Assembly (NCBI GenBank): GCA_018400015.1
Contig: JAGYNB010000002.1
Location: 116,555 to 180,554, forward strand
Source: Candidatus Omnitrophota bacterium
Lineage (GTDB): Bacteria; Omnitrophota; Gorgyraeia; Gygaellales; Gygaellaceae
DNA: 64,000 nt
Reading direction: 5' to 3'
Positions 1 to 9,159 of this stretch are shown here, one piece after another. Position 1 is the stretch's first letter. Every line of letters starts with the position of its first letter. The notes under the pieces were generated by a model. The model was not told the origin of the DNA. It was given only the letters and a program-made list of their open reading frames with translations, and searched no databases. Made by a program: the position numbers and the translations under genes.

Positions 1-1
1 C

Positions 2-235
2 AAAGAAAAGTTTATCACCAAGATAAAAGATAAGGCATTTATCGGAAGCGGCACTGTTTTGGTTTCACCTGTTACGGTAGGTAAGAATGCTATTACTGCA
101 GCTGGAAGCGTGGTTACAAAAAACAAGAATATTCCTGATAATTCTGTTTGCATGGGGGTTCCTGCAGTTGTAAAGGATATTAAAAATAAGAAACAAAAAA
201 TTAGTAAACCAATAAAAAAGAAGAAAAAGCGATGA
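2..235 (+). CDS. glmU: 3' end of bifunctional GlmU (N-acetylglucosamine-1-phosphate uridyltransferase/glucosamine-1-phosphate acetyltransferase); the ORF runs off the left window edge
   Basis: Frame-2 translation ...AFIGSGTVLVSPVTVGKNAITAAGSVVTKNKNIPDNSVCMGVPAVVKDIKNKK... has the hexapeptide-repeat left-handed beta-helix acetyltransferase C-terminus. The stop TGA overlaps the prs ATG (ATGA). glmU-prs adjacency is widely conserved. Confidence 0.6.
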   Translation, partial: KEKFITKIKDKAFIGSGTVLVSPVTVGKNAITAAGSVVTKNKNIPDNSVCMGVPAVVKDIKNKKQKISKPIKKKKKR

Positions 236-1170
236 AAGAAAAAGTATGCGTGTTCAGCGGTAATGCAAATAGGGAGCTTGCGTTAAATATTTGTAAAAAT
301 ATGGATTTTAAGCTTAAAGAGGCTATGGTTACTCGTTTTAGCGAAGGTGAAGTGCGCGTTCAGATAAAAGATAATGTTCGCGGTAAAGACGTATTTATAA
401 TTCAGCCAACGTGTCCGCCTGTTAACGATAACATTATGGAACTTTTGGTTATGATTGATGCGTTAAGGCGCGCTTCAAGTGGCAGAATAACTGCAGTGGT
501 GCCTTATTTTGGTTATGCCAGACAGGATAGAAAAGATCAGCCAAGGGTTCCTATAACCGCAAAGCTGATTGCGAACCTATTAACCAACTCAGGAGTTGAT
601 AGAATCCTTACTATGGATCTTCATGCTGGTCAAATTCAAGGTTTTTTTGATATTCCATTGGATCATTTGTATGCTATAGGTATTTTTGTTGATTATTTTT
701 CAAAGTTAAATTCAAAGAATCTCTGCGTTGTTTCACCTGACGTAGGCGGTATCAAGATGGCTAGAAGTTATGCCAAACGTTTGAATGCAGGGCTTGCTAT
801 TGTGGATAAGCGCCGCATAAGCCCGGAACAGACCGAAGTAATGAATATTTTAGGTGAAATTAAAGATAGAGATGTAGTATTGGTGGATGATATTATTGCA
901 ACAGGAACCTCAGTTATTGAGGCTGTTAATTTTTTGAAGAAAATAGGTGCAGGCAATATCTATGTTGCTATTACGCATGGAATACTTTCTGGCAGCGCAA
1001 TTGAAAAAATAAAAGCATCGCCTATAAAAGAACTTGTTATTACAGATACTATTCCTTTGCCAAAAGAGAAGCAGTGTTCTAAGATAAAGGTTTTATCAGT
1101 TGCAGGGTTATTGGCAGAAGCAATAAAAAGAATTCATAAAGAAGAATCGATAAGTTGTCTTTTTGATTAA
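232..1170 (+). CDS. prs: ribose-phosphate pyrophosphokinase (PRPP synthetase)
   Basis: 312 aa. N-terminal ...FSGNANRELA..., ...RFSEGEV..., ...RQDRK... and the PRPP-binding loop VLVDDIIATGTS are classic Prs motifs. Confidence 0.93.
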   Translation: MKEKVCVFSGNANRELALNICKNMDFKLKEAMVTRFSEGEVRVQIKDNVRGKDVFIIQPTCPPVNDNIMELLVMIDALRRASSGRITAVVPYFGYARQDRKDQPRVPITAKLIANLLTNSGVDRILTMDLHAGQIQGFFDIPLDHLYAIGIFVDYFSKLNSKNLCVVSPDVGGIKMARSYAKRLNAGLAIVDKRRISPEQTEVMNILGEIKDRDVVLVDDIIATGTSVIEAVNFLKKIGAGNIYVAITHGILSGSAIEKIKASPIKELVITDTIPLPKEKQCSKIKVLSVAGLLAEAIKRIHKEESISCLFD

Positions 1171-1185
1171 CAATAAGGAGTTAAG

Positions 1186-1893
1186 ATGGAAGAGTTAGTG
1201 CTAGAAGTTGCAACAAGAGAAGATTTAGGCAAATCAGCTGTAGCAAAAATGAGGAACGAGGATTTTATCCCCGGAGTTCTATATGGTAAACACAGAAAAC
1301 CAATAGCAATAAAAGTCTCTACAAAGAACCTGCACAAGCTTGTACACGAAGGCAGACTCGATAATGCTCTTATAAAATTGATGTTTAAAGATAAGTCTAA
1401 GCCTGTGCATACCTTGGTTAAGGAGATTCAGTTTGAACCGGTAAAAGATACAATATTACATATTGATTTTAATGAGATTTCTATGACCGATAAAATTCGT
1501 GTTAAGGTTCCCGTAAAAGCAAAAGGGGAGCCCGAAGGCGTCAAAAAAGACGGCGGATCGTTGGAACATTCATTGTGGGAATTGGATGTAGAGTGTTTGC
1601 CTACTAATGTTCCGAACAAATTTGAACTTGATGTCAGCGCTTTAAAAATAGGCGATGGTATTCATATTTGTGATATCGTTGTTCCTGAAGGGGTAAGGAT
1701 TTTGCACGATGGCGATAGTTTAGTGTTTAGCGTAGCTGCACCTGCTAAAGAAGAATTACCGGAAGAAGCAGAAGTTGTTGAAGGGGCGGGATCTGCCGAA
1801 CCTGAAGTTATAAAGAAGAAGAAAGAGCCGGTAGAATCTGAAGCGGGCTCCGGAGCAGAAAAGCCTGAGAAAAAAGAAGCAAAAGAGAAATAA
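1186..1893 (+). CDS. rplY: 50S ribosomal protein L25 / general stress protein Ctc, with a K/E-rich C-terminal extension
   Basis: 235 aa. The N-terminal ~190 aa is an L25/Ctc fold (ATRED..GK..RNEDFIPGVLYG). The tail is low-complexity E/K/A-rich. It sits in the prs-rplY-pth context. Confidence 0.85.
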   Translation: MEELVLEVATREDLGKSAVAKMRNEDFIPGVLYGKHRKPIAIKVSTKNLHKLVHEGRLDNALIKLMFKDKSKPVHTLVKEIQFEPVKDTILHIDFNEISMTDKIRVKVPVKAKGEPEGVKKDGGSLEHSLWELDVECLPTNVPNKFELDVSALKIGDGIHICDIVVPEGVRILHDGDSLVFSVAAPAKEELPEEAEVVEGAGSAEPEVIKKKKEPVESEAGSGAEKPEKKEAKEK

Positions 1894-1916
1894 TATCCCT
1901 TTTTATAATATCGAAC

Positions 1917-2477
1917 ATGAAGTTAATAGTCGGTTTAGGCAACCCGGGCGTTAAATATAAAAATACTAGACATAATTTGGGTTTTCTTACCGTTGATAAC
2001 TTAGCCTTAGAGTATAAGCTAAGACAAAAAGCTCTTAATACCTGTTCATCGAGAATAGCAAAGCATAGATATTTTATTATTGCTAAACCGCAGACTTATA
2101 TGAATTTATCTGGGAAAGCGGTGCAATGCTTAGTAAAGAAGTTTAAAATTTCGATTGAAGATATTTTAGTAGTTTTTGATGATGTCAATCTTGATTTAGG
2201 GAGATTCAAAATTGTCCAAGGCGGTTCTACCTATGGCCATAATGGCCTTAAATCGATAGTAGATTCATTAAAGGACAAAAACTTTTCAAGATTGCGTATA
2301 GGTATCGGTTCTAATTCCAGAGGAGATTTAACTGATTTTGTTTTGGGTAATTTAACCCGCAAAGAAATAATTGCAATTGATTCACAACTAGAAAATATAA
2401 CAGATTGTTGTAAGAACTGGATAGAAAAAGGAGTAAATTCTGCGATGAATAAACATAACAAAAGGAAAAAAGAATGA
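1917..2477 (+). CDS. pth: peptidyl-tRNA hydrolase
   Basis: 186 aa. MKLIVGLGNPG..Y..TRHNLGF... is a canonical Pth N-terminus. Confidence 0.92.
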   Translation: MKLIVGLGNPGVKYKNTRHNLGFLTVDNLALEYKLRQKALNTCSSRIAKHRYFIIAKPQTYMNLSGKAVQCLVKKFKISIEDILVVFDDVNLDLGRFKIVQGGSTYGHNGLKSIVDSLKDKNFSRLRIGIGSNSRGDLTDFVLGNLTRKEIIAIDSQLENITDCCKNWIEKGVNSAMNKHNKRKKE

Positions 2478-2782
2478 AAAATTATTACGAAGCAATGTAT
2501 ATTTTAAAACCAAATCTTTCTAAGGATGAACTTGATACCGAGACGAATCAGTTTAAGGAATTGATAACCAAAGAAGAAGGAAGTGTTCAGGAAGCCTCTT
2601 TTTGGCAGGAAAAAAGAAAGCTTGCTTATCCGATTAAGAATTTTCAAGAAGGCGTTTATTATTTGATTAAGTTTGAATCTGATCCAAGCCTTATTGCGAA
2701 ACTTAAGAAATCTCATAAATTAGACGAAAACATTTTAAGATATTTGATTATAAAAAAGAATGTTAGCCAAAAAGCAGGTTAA
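2474..2782 (+). CDS. rpsF: 30S ribosomal protein S6
   Basis: 102 aa. ...YEAMYILKPNLS... is an S6 signature. It is the first gene of the rpsF-ssb-rpsR-rplI block. Confidence 0.9.
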   Translation: MKNYYEAMYILKPNLSKDELDTETNQFKELITKEEGSVQEASFWQEKRKLAYPIKNFQEGVYYLIKFESDPSLIAKLKKSHKLDENILRYLIIKKNVSQKAG

Positions 2783-2797
2783 AAAAGGAGTATAGAT

Positions 2798-3244
2798 ATG
2801 GCAAGTTTAAATAAAGTTCTTCTTATCGGCAATTTAACCAGGGATCCGGAATTACGTTATACCCCTAATGGAACAGCTGTTGTCAATTTAAGGATTGCCG
2901 TTAACAGAAAATATAAAGATAGAACAGGTGGACAAAAGGAAGATACATGTTTTTTGACTGTTGTAGCTTGGGATAAACAAGCTGAAACTTGTAATCAGTA
3001 TCTTCAAAAAGGAAGAAGTATTTTTGTGGAAGGAAGATTACAGTCACGTTCCTGGCAGGATGCGCAAGGTCAAAAGAGAATGGCTTTGGATGTAAGGGCT
3101 GAAAGAGTGCAGTTTTTGGGCGCACCTTCCGCAAGTAGCAGTCAAACACAAACCGCAAAAGAGCCTGCATTCGAAGAACATAATTTAGAAGACAACGGAC
3201 AAGATGTAGCATCTTGGTTAGAGGAGGATAAAAAAGATGATTAG
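2798..3244 (+). CDS. ssb: single-stranded DNA-binding protein
   Basis: 148 aa. MASLNKVLLIGNLTRDPELRYTPNGTAV.NLRIAVN OB-fold SSB, with a Gly/Ser/Gln linker and an acidic tail ending ...EEDKKDD. Confidence 0.9.
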   Translation: MASLNKVLLIGNLTRDPELRYTPNGTAVVNLRIAVNRKYKDRTGGQKEDTCFLTVVAWDKQAETCNQYLQKGRSIFVEGRLQSRSWQDAQGQKRMALDVRAERVQFLGAPSASSSQTQTAKEPAFEEHNLEDNGQDVASWLEEDKKDD

Positions 3245-3491
3245 AAAGAATAAAGATAAAAAAAGACGTATTTCATCAGGGCCATACAGAAAGAAATACT
3301 GTAGGTTCTGTAAAGAGAAAGATAAAGAAATCGATTATAAGGATATAAGGCTGGTTGAACGTTTTGTCAGTGATCGTTTAAAAATTGTCCCAAGGCGCGC
3401 CAGCGGTCTTTGCGCCAAACACCAAAGAAGAATGGCAGAGGCTATAAAAAGAGCAAGGTTTTTAGCGATTATTGATTACGTGAAAAGATGA
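3237..3491 (+). CDS. rpsR: 30S ribosomal protein S18
   Basis: 84 aa. ...CRFCKEK..IDYKD...L.RF.S.RGKI.PRR.SG.CAKHQR... matches S18. Confidence 0.9.
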   Translation: MIRKNKDKKRRISSGPYRKKYCRFCKEKDKEIDYKDIRLVERFVSDRLKIVPRRASGLCAKHQRRMAEAIKRARFLAIIDYVKR

Positions 3492-3494
3492 ACA

Positions 3495-3941
3495 ATGATT
3501 AAAGCAATATTAAAAACTAAGGTTGCTGGTTTGGGACAGGCAGGAGAAGTGGTAAAAGTTAAGGAAGGATATTTAAGGAATTATCTTTTGCCTAATGATT
3601 TGGCAACAGAAGCGACGCCTGTTAATTTGAAGCATTCCCAGCAGTTGAAGCAAAAAATAGAGGTTTCTAAGAAGAACGAAAAAGAGCAGGCATTGAAACT
3701 CGCAGATAGAATTAAAAATGTTTCGCTCACATTAAAGAAAGAGGCAACGGATCAGGATATTCTTTATGGAAGCGTATCCAAAGAAGATATCAAGGCTGCT
3801 TTTAATGAAGAAGGTCACGAGATAGTCTTAGAAGCTTTACAGATAGAAGAACCTATAAAGAAGTTAGGTATTTATTATGTAGATATTAATTTACATCCAG
3901 AAGTAAAAGCAAAAGTAAAAATCTGGGTTGTAAAGAAATAA
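3495..3941 (+). CDS. rplI: 50S ribosomal protein L9
   Basis: 148 aa. MIKAILKTKVAGLGQAGEVVKVKEGYLRNYLLP is an L9 N-domain. Confidence 0.9.
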   Translation: MIKAILKTKVAGLGQAGEVVKVKEGYLRNYLLPNDLATEATPVNLKHSQQLKQKIEVSKKNEKEQALKLADRIKNVSLTLKKEATDQDILYGSVSKEDIKAAFNEEGHEIVLEALQIEEPIKKLGIYYVDINLHPEVKAKVKIWVVKK

Positions 3942-3944
3942 TTC

Positions 3945-5288
3945 ATGGCAGAAGATATTTATCTGAATAAAGTTCCACCACAGAGCACGGAAGCTGAGAT
4001 GGCTGTCTTGGGATCAATGTTAATTGATAAAGAGGCCATTCCTGCAGCATTGGAATTGCTTACTTGCGAATTTTTTTACGATAATTCCCACCGTAAGATT
4101 TTCGATTCTGTTGTCAATCTATTCAATGAAAACCGCGCTGTAGATATTCTTACTTTAAGTTCTGAGCTTACAGCTAAAGGTGATTTGGAAAAAATCGGTG
4201 GAGTTAGTTATTTAACTAAATTGGTAAATTCAGTTCCGACCTCTGCTAATGTTCAGTATTACGCAAGATTGGTAAAACAAAAAGGGATATTGCGCTCTCT
4301 AATAAATAACGCTACAGCCATTGTCACCAAGGCCTATGATTCTGATGGCAATGTGGATGAAGTTTTAGATTATGCGGAACGTTTGATTTTTGAGATAAGC
4401 GATAAGAAGATCGAAGGCGGATTTATTCCGGTTAGAGAAATCATTAAAGATAGCATTGAACAGATTGATAAATTATATCAGCGAAAAGCTCATGTTACAG
4501 GTTTGCCCAGTGGTTTTAATGATTTTGATACTAAGACAGCAGGCTTGCAAGCTTCGGATTTAGTGATTATTGCCGGAAGACCCTCTATGGGAAAGAGTGC
4601 TTTTGCTGTAAGTATAATAGAACATATTAGCGTAGTTGAGAAAATTCCTACAGCTTTTTTTAGTCTGGAAATGTCCAAGGAACAACTTGTTCAAAGACTT
4701 CTTTGTAGCCACGCTAGGGTAGATGCGCACAAAGTAAGGACTGGTTTTTTAGCCGGTTCAGATTGGCCCAGGCTTACTGCTGCCGCAGGTAAACTTTCCG
4801 ATTCGCCTATATTTATAGATGATACGCCAGCGATCAGCGTATTGGAATTGCGCGCAAAAGCAAGAAGATTAAAGCTGCATCATAATATCAAGCTTGTTGT
4901 TGTTGATTATCTTCAGCTGATGAGGGGAAATAACGAGGAGAGCCGTCAGCAGGAAATTTCAGAGATTTCCCGTTCTTTAAAGGCTTTGGCAAGAGAATTG
5001 AATATTACGGTTATTGCCATAAGTCAGCTCTCTCGTGCAGTAGAATCTCGCATAGGACATAAACCGCAATTATCGGACCTTAGGGAATCTGGGGCAATCG
5101 AACAGGATGCCGACGTGGTAGTGCTTCTATTCAGAGAAGAATATTATGACCCAAAGGAAGATAATAAGGGCGTAGCTGAAGTAAATATTGCCAAGCAAAG
5201 AAATGGTCCTGTAGGGGCAGTAAAATTAGCGTTCTTAAAAGAATATATGCGTTTTGAAAACTTAGCACCCAGCTTTATGGAGGAATAA
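3945..5288 (+). CDS. dnaB: replicative DNA helicase DnaB
   Basis: 447 aa. N-terminal domain ...PQSTEAEMAVLGSMLID..., Walker A GRPSMGKSAF, and the ...EISRSLKALARELNITVIAISQLSR... RecA-like core. No intein. Confidence 0.93.
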   Translation: MAEDIYLNKVPPQSTEAEMAVLGSMLIDKEAIPAALELLTCEFFYDNSHRKIFDSVVNLFNENRAVDILTLSSELTAKGDLEKIGGVSYLTKLVNSVPTSANVQYYARLVKQKGILRSLINNATAIVTKAYDSDGNVDEVLDYAERLIFEISDKKIEGGFIPVREIIKDSIEQIDKLYQRKAHVTGLPSGFNDFDTKTAGLQASDLVIIAGRPSMGKSAFAVSIIEHISVVEKIPTAFFSLEMSKEQLVQRLLCSHARVDAHKVRTGFLAGSDWPRLTAAAGKLSDSPIFIDDTPAISVLELRAKARRLKLHHNIKLVVVDYLQLMRGNNEESRQQEISEISRSLKALARELNITVIAISQLSRAVESRIGHKPQLSDLRESGAIEQDADVVVLLFREEYYDPKEDNKGVAEVNIAKQRNGPVGAVKLAFLKEYMRFENLAPSFMEE

Positions 5289-5292
5289 CCTT

Positions 5293-7605
5293 ATGAAGAA
5301 AAGTCTTAAGACTTCGTTAGTTTTTTTAGCAGTTCTTGGATTGTTAATTATCAGTACTAATTTTTCATTTGCAGTTGATAAAATAATAAATAAAATTGAT
5401 GTTCAGGGTAATAAAAGTATTTCTACAAGTATGATAATTTCCAAAATAAAGTCGCGTGTGGGTTCAGTTTATTTTGAGAATGTAGTTGACGATGATATCA
5501 AGAGGCTTGCGAAGGAAGGATACTTTGACGATATAAAAATAGATGTCGAAGATTGCGAAGACGGAGTATGTCTGGTGATTAATGTGAAAGAGCGTTTGAT
5601 ATTAGATAAAATTGAATTTAAAGGAAACCGCTATATTAGAAATTCCCGCATAAGGAAAGATTTAAAATCCAAAGAAGGACAGTATATTGATTATACTTCT
5701 CTAATGGAAGATATCGAGATGATTAAGTCGCTTTATGAGAAAAAGGGTTTTTCTCTTGTTGATATAAATTATACGGAAGATGTAAATCAAGATAAAGGTA
5801 AAGTGGCTGTAATCATTAATATTCAAGAAAAAAGAAGATATAAAATAAGAAGTTTGAGTTTTTCTGGCAATGACAGTTTCTCTAGCAAAAGATTGTTGAA
5901 ACTTATCAAGACAAGAAAGGCCGCGTTTTTTAGCTCAGGAGTTTTTAAAGAAGACGTGTTCTTGCAGGATGAACAAAGAATAAAGGCTTTTTATATGAAT
6001 GAAGGATTTAGTGATGTCGGCGTTGATCATGAGATTGAATACGGAGCGCTTGATTCCATATATCTAAAATTCATTATAAATGAAGGCCCCAGGTATTATG
6101 TTAAGAAGGTAGAGTTTAGCGGGAATACTGTTTTTACTGATAGAGAACTTAGATTTAATCTGGAGAATTGCTGTGAAGGCATGGTTTATAATGAAGATGG
6201 GCTTCGTAAAGACCAGGCGTTGTTGAAAGAGGTTTATTTTGACGATGGCTACATCGGTGTAAACGTAGATTATGATGTGTTTGCTGATTTAGAAACAAAC
6301 GGTGTAAATATATCTTATTCGATTGTAGAAAATGAAGTTTCTTATGTAAATCTTGTTAAAGTAAGAGGCAATGTAAAAACAAAAGATGTGGTTATAAGAA
6401 GAGAAATGCGCCTAAAACCCGGAGATAAATTTGATGGAGAAAAACTCAGGCGTAGCAAAGAACGTCTTAAAAATTTAGGTTTCTTCGATGAACAAGAAGG
6501 CGTTAACTACGATATAGAAGATACGAATACTCCTAATAAGAAAAATCTTATTGTGGATGTTAAAGAAGCAAAGACCGGCGAGTTTAGTTTCGGCGGAGGT
6601 TATAGTACAGTAGATAAAATGGTTGGTTTTATTCAGATTGAACAGAAGAATTTTGACTGGAAGAATTGGCCTTATTTTACCGGTGACGGACAGGACCTTA
6701 GGCTACGCGCCGAAATAGGCTCTATAAGTGACGAGTATATGCTGAGTTTTACAGAACCTTGGATTTTTGATTATCCTGTCTCATTTGGTTTTGATTTATA
6801 CCGTAGTGCCCATGATAGAGATACCGATGTTGGTTATTCTTTCGATGAGACTAGAACCGGAGGCGACTTGCGGCTTGGAAAAGCATTGAGCGAATATTTA
6901 AGTGCAAGTTTAGTGTACAGGCTTGATAGTATAGAAATTACTAATATTAATGATGATGTTGTAAGCGATATCAAGAAAGAAGAAGGCGAAAACAATATCA
7001 GTAGTCTAAAATTTGGTTTAGGCTATGATACCAGAGATAATATTTTTAGTCCTACAAGAGGCAATATTTTTGGTATAACATTTGAATGCGCAGGAGGTCC
7101 TTTTGGTGGCGATAAGGATTTTACTAAAATTATAACTCGCTATAGCCACTTTTTTCCGCTTATGAGAAAATCTACCTTTGAAACAAGGTTTTATGCAGGC
7201 GTTGCCAATGAGTTTGACTCTACCGATGATGTACCAATATATGAAAGGTTTTATGCCGGAGGAGCCAATACGATCAGAGGCTATGAAGAAAGAAAAGTCG
7301 GACCTATCGATTCGGCAACCGAGGATCCTATCGGAGGAAAGGCTATATTTATTGCAAATTTCGAGTATTTATATCCTTTGGTTGATGAAATAAAATTAGC
7401 TACTTTTTATGATGTGGGAAATGTATGGAGAAAGTCTAATGATATATTCAACGGCGGGGATTTAAAGTCAAGCGTAGGCTTGGGGTTAAGGATAAAAACA
7501 CCCATTGGACCGGTAAAGTTAGATTACGGTATTCCGCTTAAAGTCGGTCCTGGCGAAGAGGGCAAAGGCGGCAGGTTCCATTTTAGTGCAGGGAACACAT
7601 TTTAA
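5293..7605 (+). CDS. bamA: outer membrane protein assembly factor BamA (Omp85), with POTRA repeats and a C-terminal beta-barrel
   Basis: 770 aa with a signal peptide. Repeated POTRA-like segments (I..I.V.GN......I) and the conserved C-terminal barrel ...LDYGIPL... ending with F. Followed by skp and lpxD. Confidence 0.88.
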   Translation: MKKSLKTSLVFLAVLGLLIISTNFSFAVDKIINKIDVQGNKSISTSMIISKIKSRVGSVYFENVVDDDIKRLAKEGYFDDIKIDVEDCEDGVCLVINVKERLILDKIEFKGNRYIRNSRIRKDLKSKEGQYIDYTSLMEDIEMIKSLYEKKGFSLVDINYTEDVNQDKGKVAVIINIQEKRRYKIRSLSFSGNDSFSSKRLLKLIKTRKAAFFSSGVFKEDVFLQDEQRIKAFYMNEGFSDVGVDHEIEYGALDSIYLKFIINEGPRYYVKKVEFSGNTVFTDRELRFNLENCCEGMVYNEDGLRKDQALLKEVYFDDGYIGVNVDYDVFADLETNGVNISYSIVENEVSYVNLVKVRGNVKTKDVVIRREMRLKPGDKFDGEKLRRSKERLKNLGFFDEQEGVNYDIEDTNTPNKKNLIVDVKEAKTGEFSFGGGYSTVDKMVGFIQIEQKNFDWKNWPYFTGDGQDLRLRAEIGSISDEYMLSFTEPWIFDYPVSFGFDLYRSAHDRDTDVGYSFDETRTGGDLRLGKALSEYLSASLVYRLDSIEITNINDDVVSDIKKEEGENNISSLKFGLGYDTRDNIFSPTRGNIFGITFECAGGPFGGDKDFTKIITRYSHFFPLMRKSTFETRFYAGVANEFDSTDDVPIYERFYAGGANTIRGYEERKVGPIDSATEDPIGGKAIFIANFEYLYPLVDEIKLATFYDVGNVWRKSNDIFNGGDLKSSVGLGLRIKTPIGPVKLDYGIPLKVGPGEEGKGGRFHFSAGNTF

Positions 7606-7623
7606 CTTAAATAGGAGGTTATT

Positions 7624-8115
7624 GTGAGTAAGTTTAAATTAGTATTGATTTTGTTTGTAGTGTCTTTTGTATTTTCGGGCATATTGTATGCCGCAGAAGG
7701 TTTAGTTTATTTGGATCTTAAAGAAGTTTTAGCCAGTTATGAGAAAACTAAAAAGTATGATTCTGCCTTAGAGAAGGATCAGAAAGAATATAAATCTGCG
7801 ATGGAGAGTAAGGTTGCAGAGTTAAAGAAAATACAGAGTTCGCTATCTGTTTTAAACGATTCTGAAAAAGCCAAAAAGCAAGACGTAATCGAACAGAAGC
7901 TTCGTGATTTAAGAAATTTCGAGGATATAAAACAGAGTGAGATTACCAAGGAATATAATTCTAAGATGAAGGAGATTTTTGAGGATATTGATACGGTCAT
8001 AAAGCTAGTCGCTGAGAAAAAAGGTTATTCTTTGGTTTTGGACGAACGTTTTTTGCTTTATGCAGATGGCGCTAAAGATATAACTAACGAGATAATAAAA
8101 GAATTAAATAAATAA
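7624..8115 (+). CDS. skp: periplasmic chaperone Skp/OmpH (GTG start)
   Basis: 163 aa. Signal peptide followed by a coiled-coil K/E-rich body. Canonical position between bamA and lpxD. Confidence 0.8.
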   Translation: MSKFKLVLILFVVSFVFSGILYAAEGLVYLDLKEVLASYEKTKKYDSALEKDQKEYKSAMESKVAELKKIQSSLSVLNDSEKAKKQDVIEQKLRDLRNFEDIKQSEITKEYNSKMKEIFEDIDTVIKLVAEKKGYSLVLDERFLLYADGAKDITNEIIKELNK

Positions 8116-8121
8116 GATTAT

Positions 8122-9159
8122 ATGCAGAAAAAACTTAGTGAAATCGCTTCGCTTGTAGACGGTAAGCTTTTTGGAGACGGCAGTATTATTGTAGATGGGG
8201 TTAATGGCATTGAACAGGCCAGTAAAAGCGAAATTACCTTTCTTGCCAATTCCAAATACACGAGTTTCTTAAATAATACTAAGGCTGCTTGTGTAATTAC
8301 TTCATTCGAGGTTCCTAAAGAATTTAAAATTCCATATATTCTAGTCAATGATGCTTCCTTAGGTTTTATTAAAGTAGTTTCTTTATTTAAGCCCGAAGAT
8401 AAGAAGTGTTCTTTTGGTATAAGTGATAAGGCTGATATTGCAGAAAATGTTAAATTAGGCAAGAATGTTTCAGTGGGTAGTTTTACGGTCGTTGAAGATG
8501 GAGTGAGAATCGGAGATAATTGCGTAATTTACCCAAATTGTTTTATTGGTAAAAATACCACTCTTGACAGCGATTGTTTGATCTATTCTAATGTTACGAT
8601 AAGAGAAAATATAACAATAGGTAAAAGGGTTATTATCCAAAGCGCTGTAGTTATTGGTTCAGATGGTTTTGGTTTTGTCAAAGTTAACGGGAAATATCAG
8701 AAGATTCCCCAAATCGGTACTGTGGTGATCGAAGATGATGTTGAAATTGGCGCAGGTACAACTATTGACCGAGCGCGTTTTGATAAAACTTTGATTGGTC
8801 AAGGGACAAAGATTGATAATCTTGTTCAGATCGCTCATAATGTTACTATCGGAAAAAATTGTATTATAGTTGCGCAAGTGGGGATTTCAGGAAGCACTAA
8901 AATAGCAGACAACGTTACTATAGCCGGTCAAGCAGGAATAGCGGGCCACTTGAATATCGGCAATAATGTTTTGATTTATGCAAAATCAGGAGTCACCAAA
9001 GATATTAAAGATAATCAGCAGGTTTCTGACTATCCTGCAAAAGACCATGCTTTGGCTCGTAAACTCCGCGTATATATTAATAAATTACCAGAACTTAACG
9101 AAGAATTAAAGAGATTAAAGGAAAGTTTAAAAAGATTAATCGAGGAGAATAATAAGTGA
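8122..9159 (+). CDS. lpxD: UDP-3-O-(3-hydroxyacyl)glucosamine N-acyltransferase
   Basis: 345 aa. Hexapeptide-repeat LbH body plus N-terminal LpxD domain (...LSEIA.L..G.L.GD...I.GV....A....I.F..N.KY...L). Confidence 0.9.
   Translation: MQKKLSEIASLVDGKLFGDGSIIVDGVNGIEQASKSEITFLANSKYTSFLNNTKAACVITSFEVPKEFKIPYILVNDASLGFIKVVSLFKPEDKKCSFGISDKADIAENVKLGKNVSVGSFTVVEDGVRIGDNCVIYPNCFIGKNTTLDSDCLIYSNVTIRENITIGKRVIIQSAVVIGSDGFGFVKVNGKYQKIPQIGTVVIEDDVEIGAGTTIDRARFDKTLIGQGTKIDNLVQIAHNVTIGKNCIIVAQVGISGSTKIADNVTIAGQAGIAGHLNIGNNVLIYAKSGVTKDIKDNQQVSDYPAKDHALARKLRVYINKLPELNEELKRLKESLKRLIEENNK

Noticed and set aside
7178-7393. 71-aa same-strand ORF in an alternative frame inside bamA
   Set aside because: Fully nested in the conserved BamA barrel coding region, with no RBS and no conservation signal. 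Spurious.
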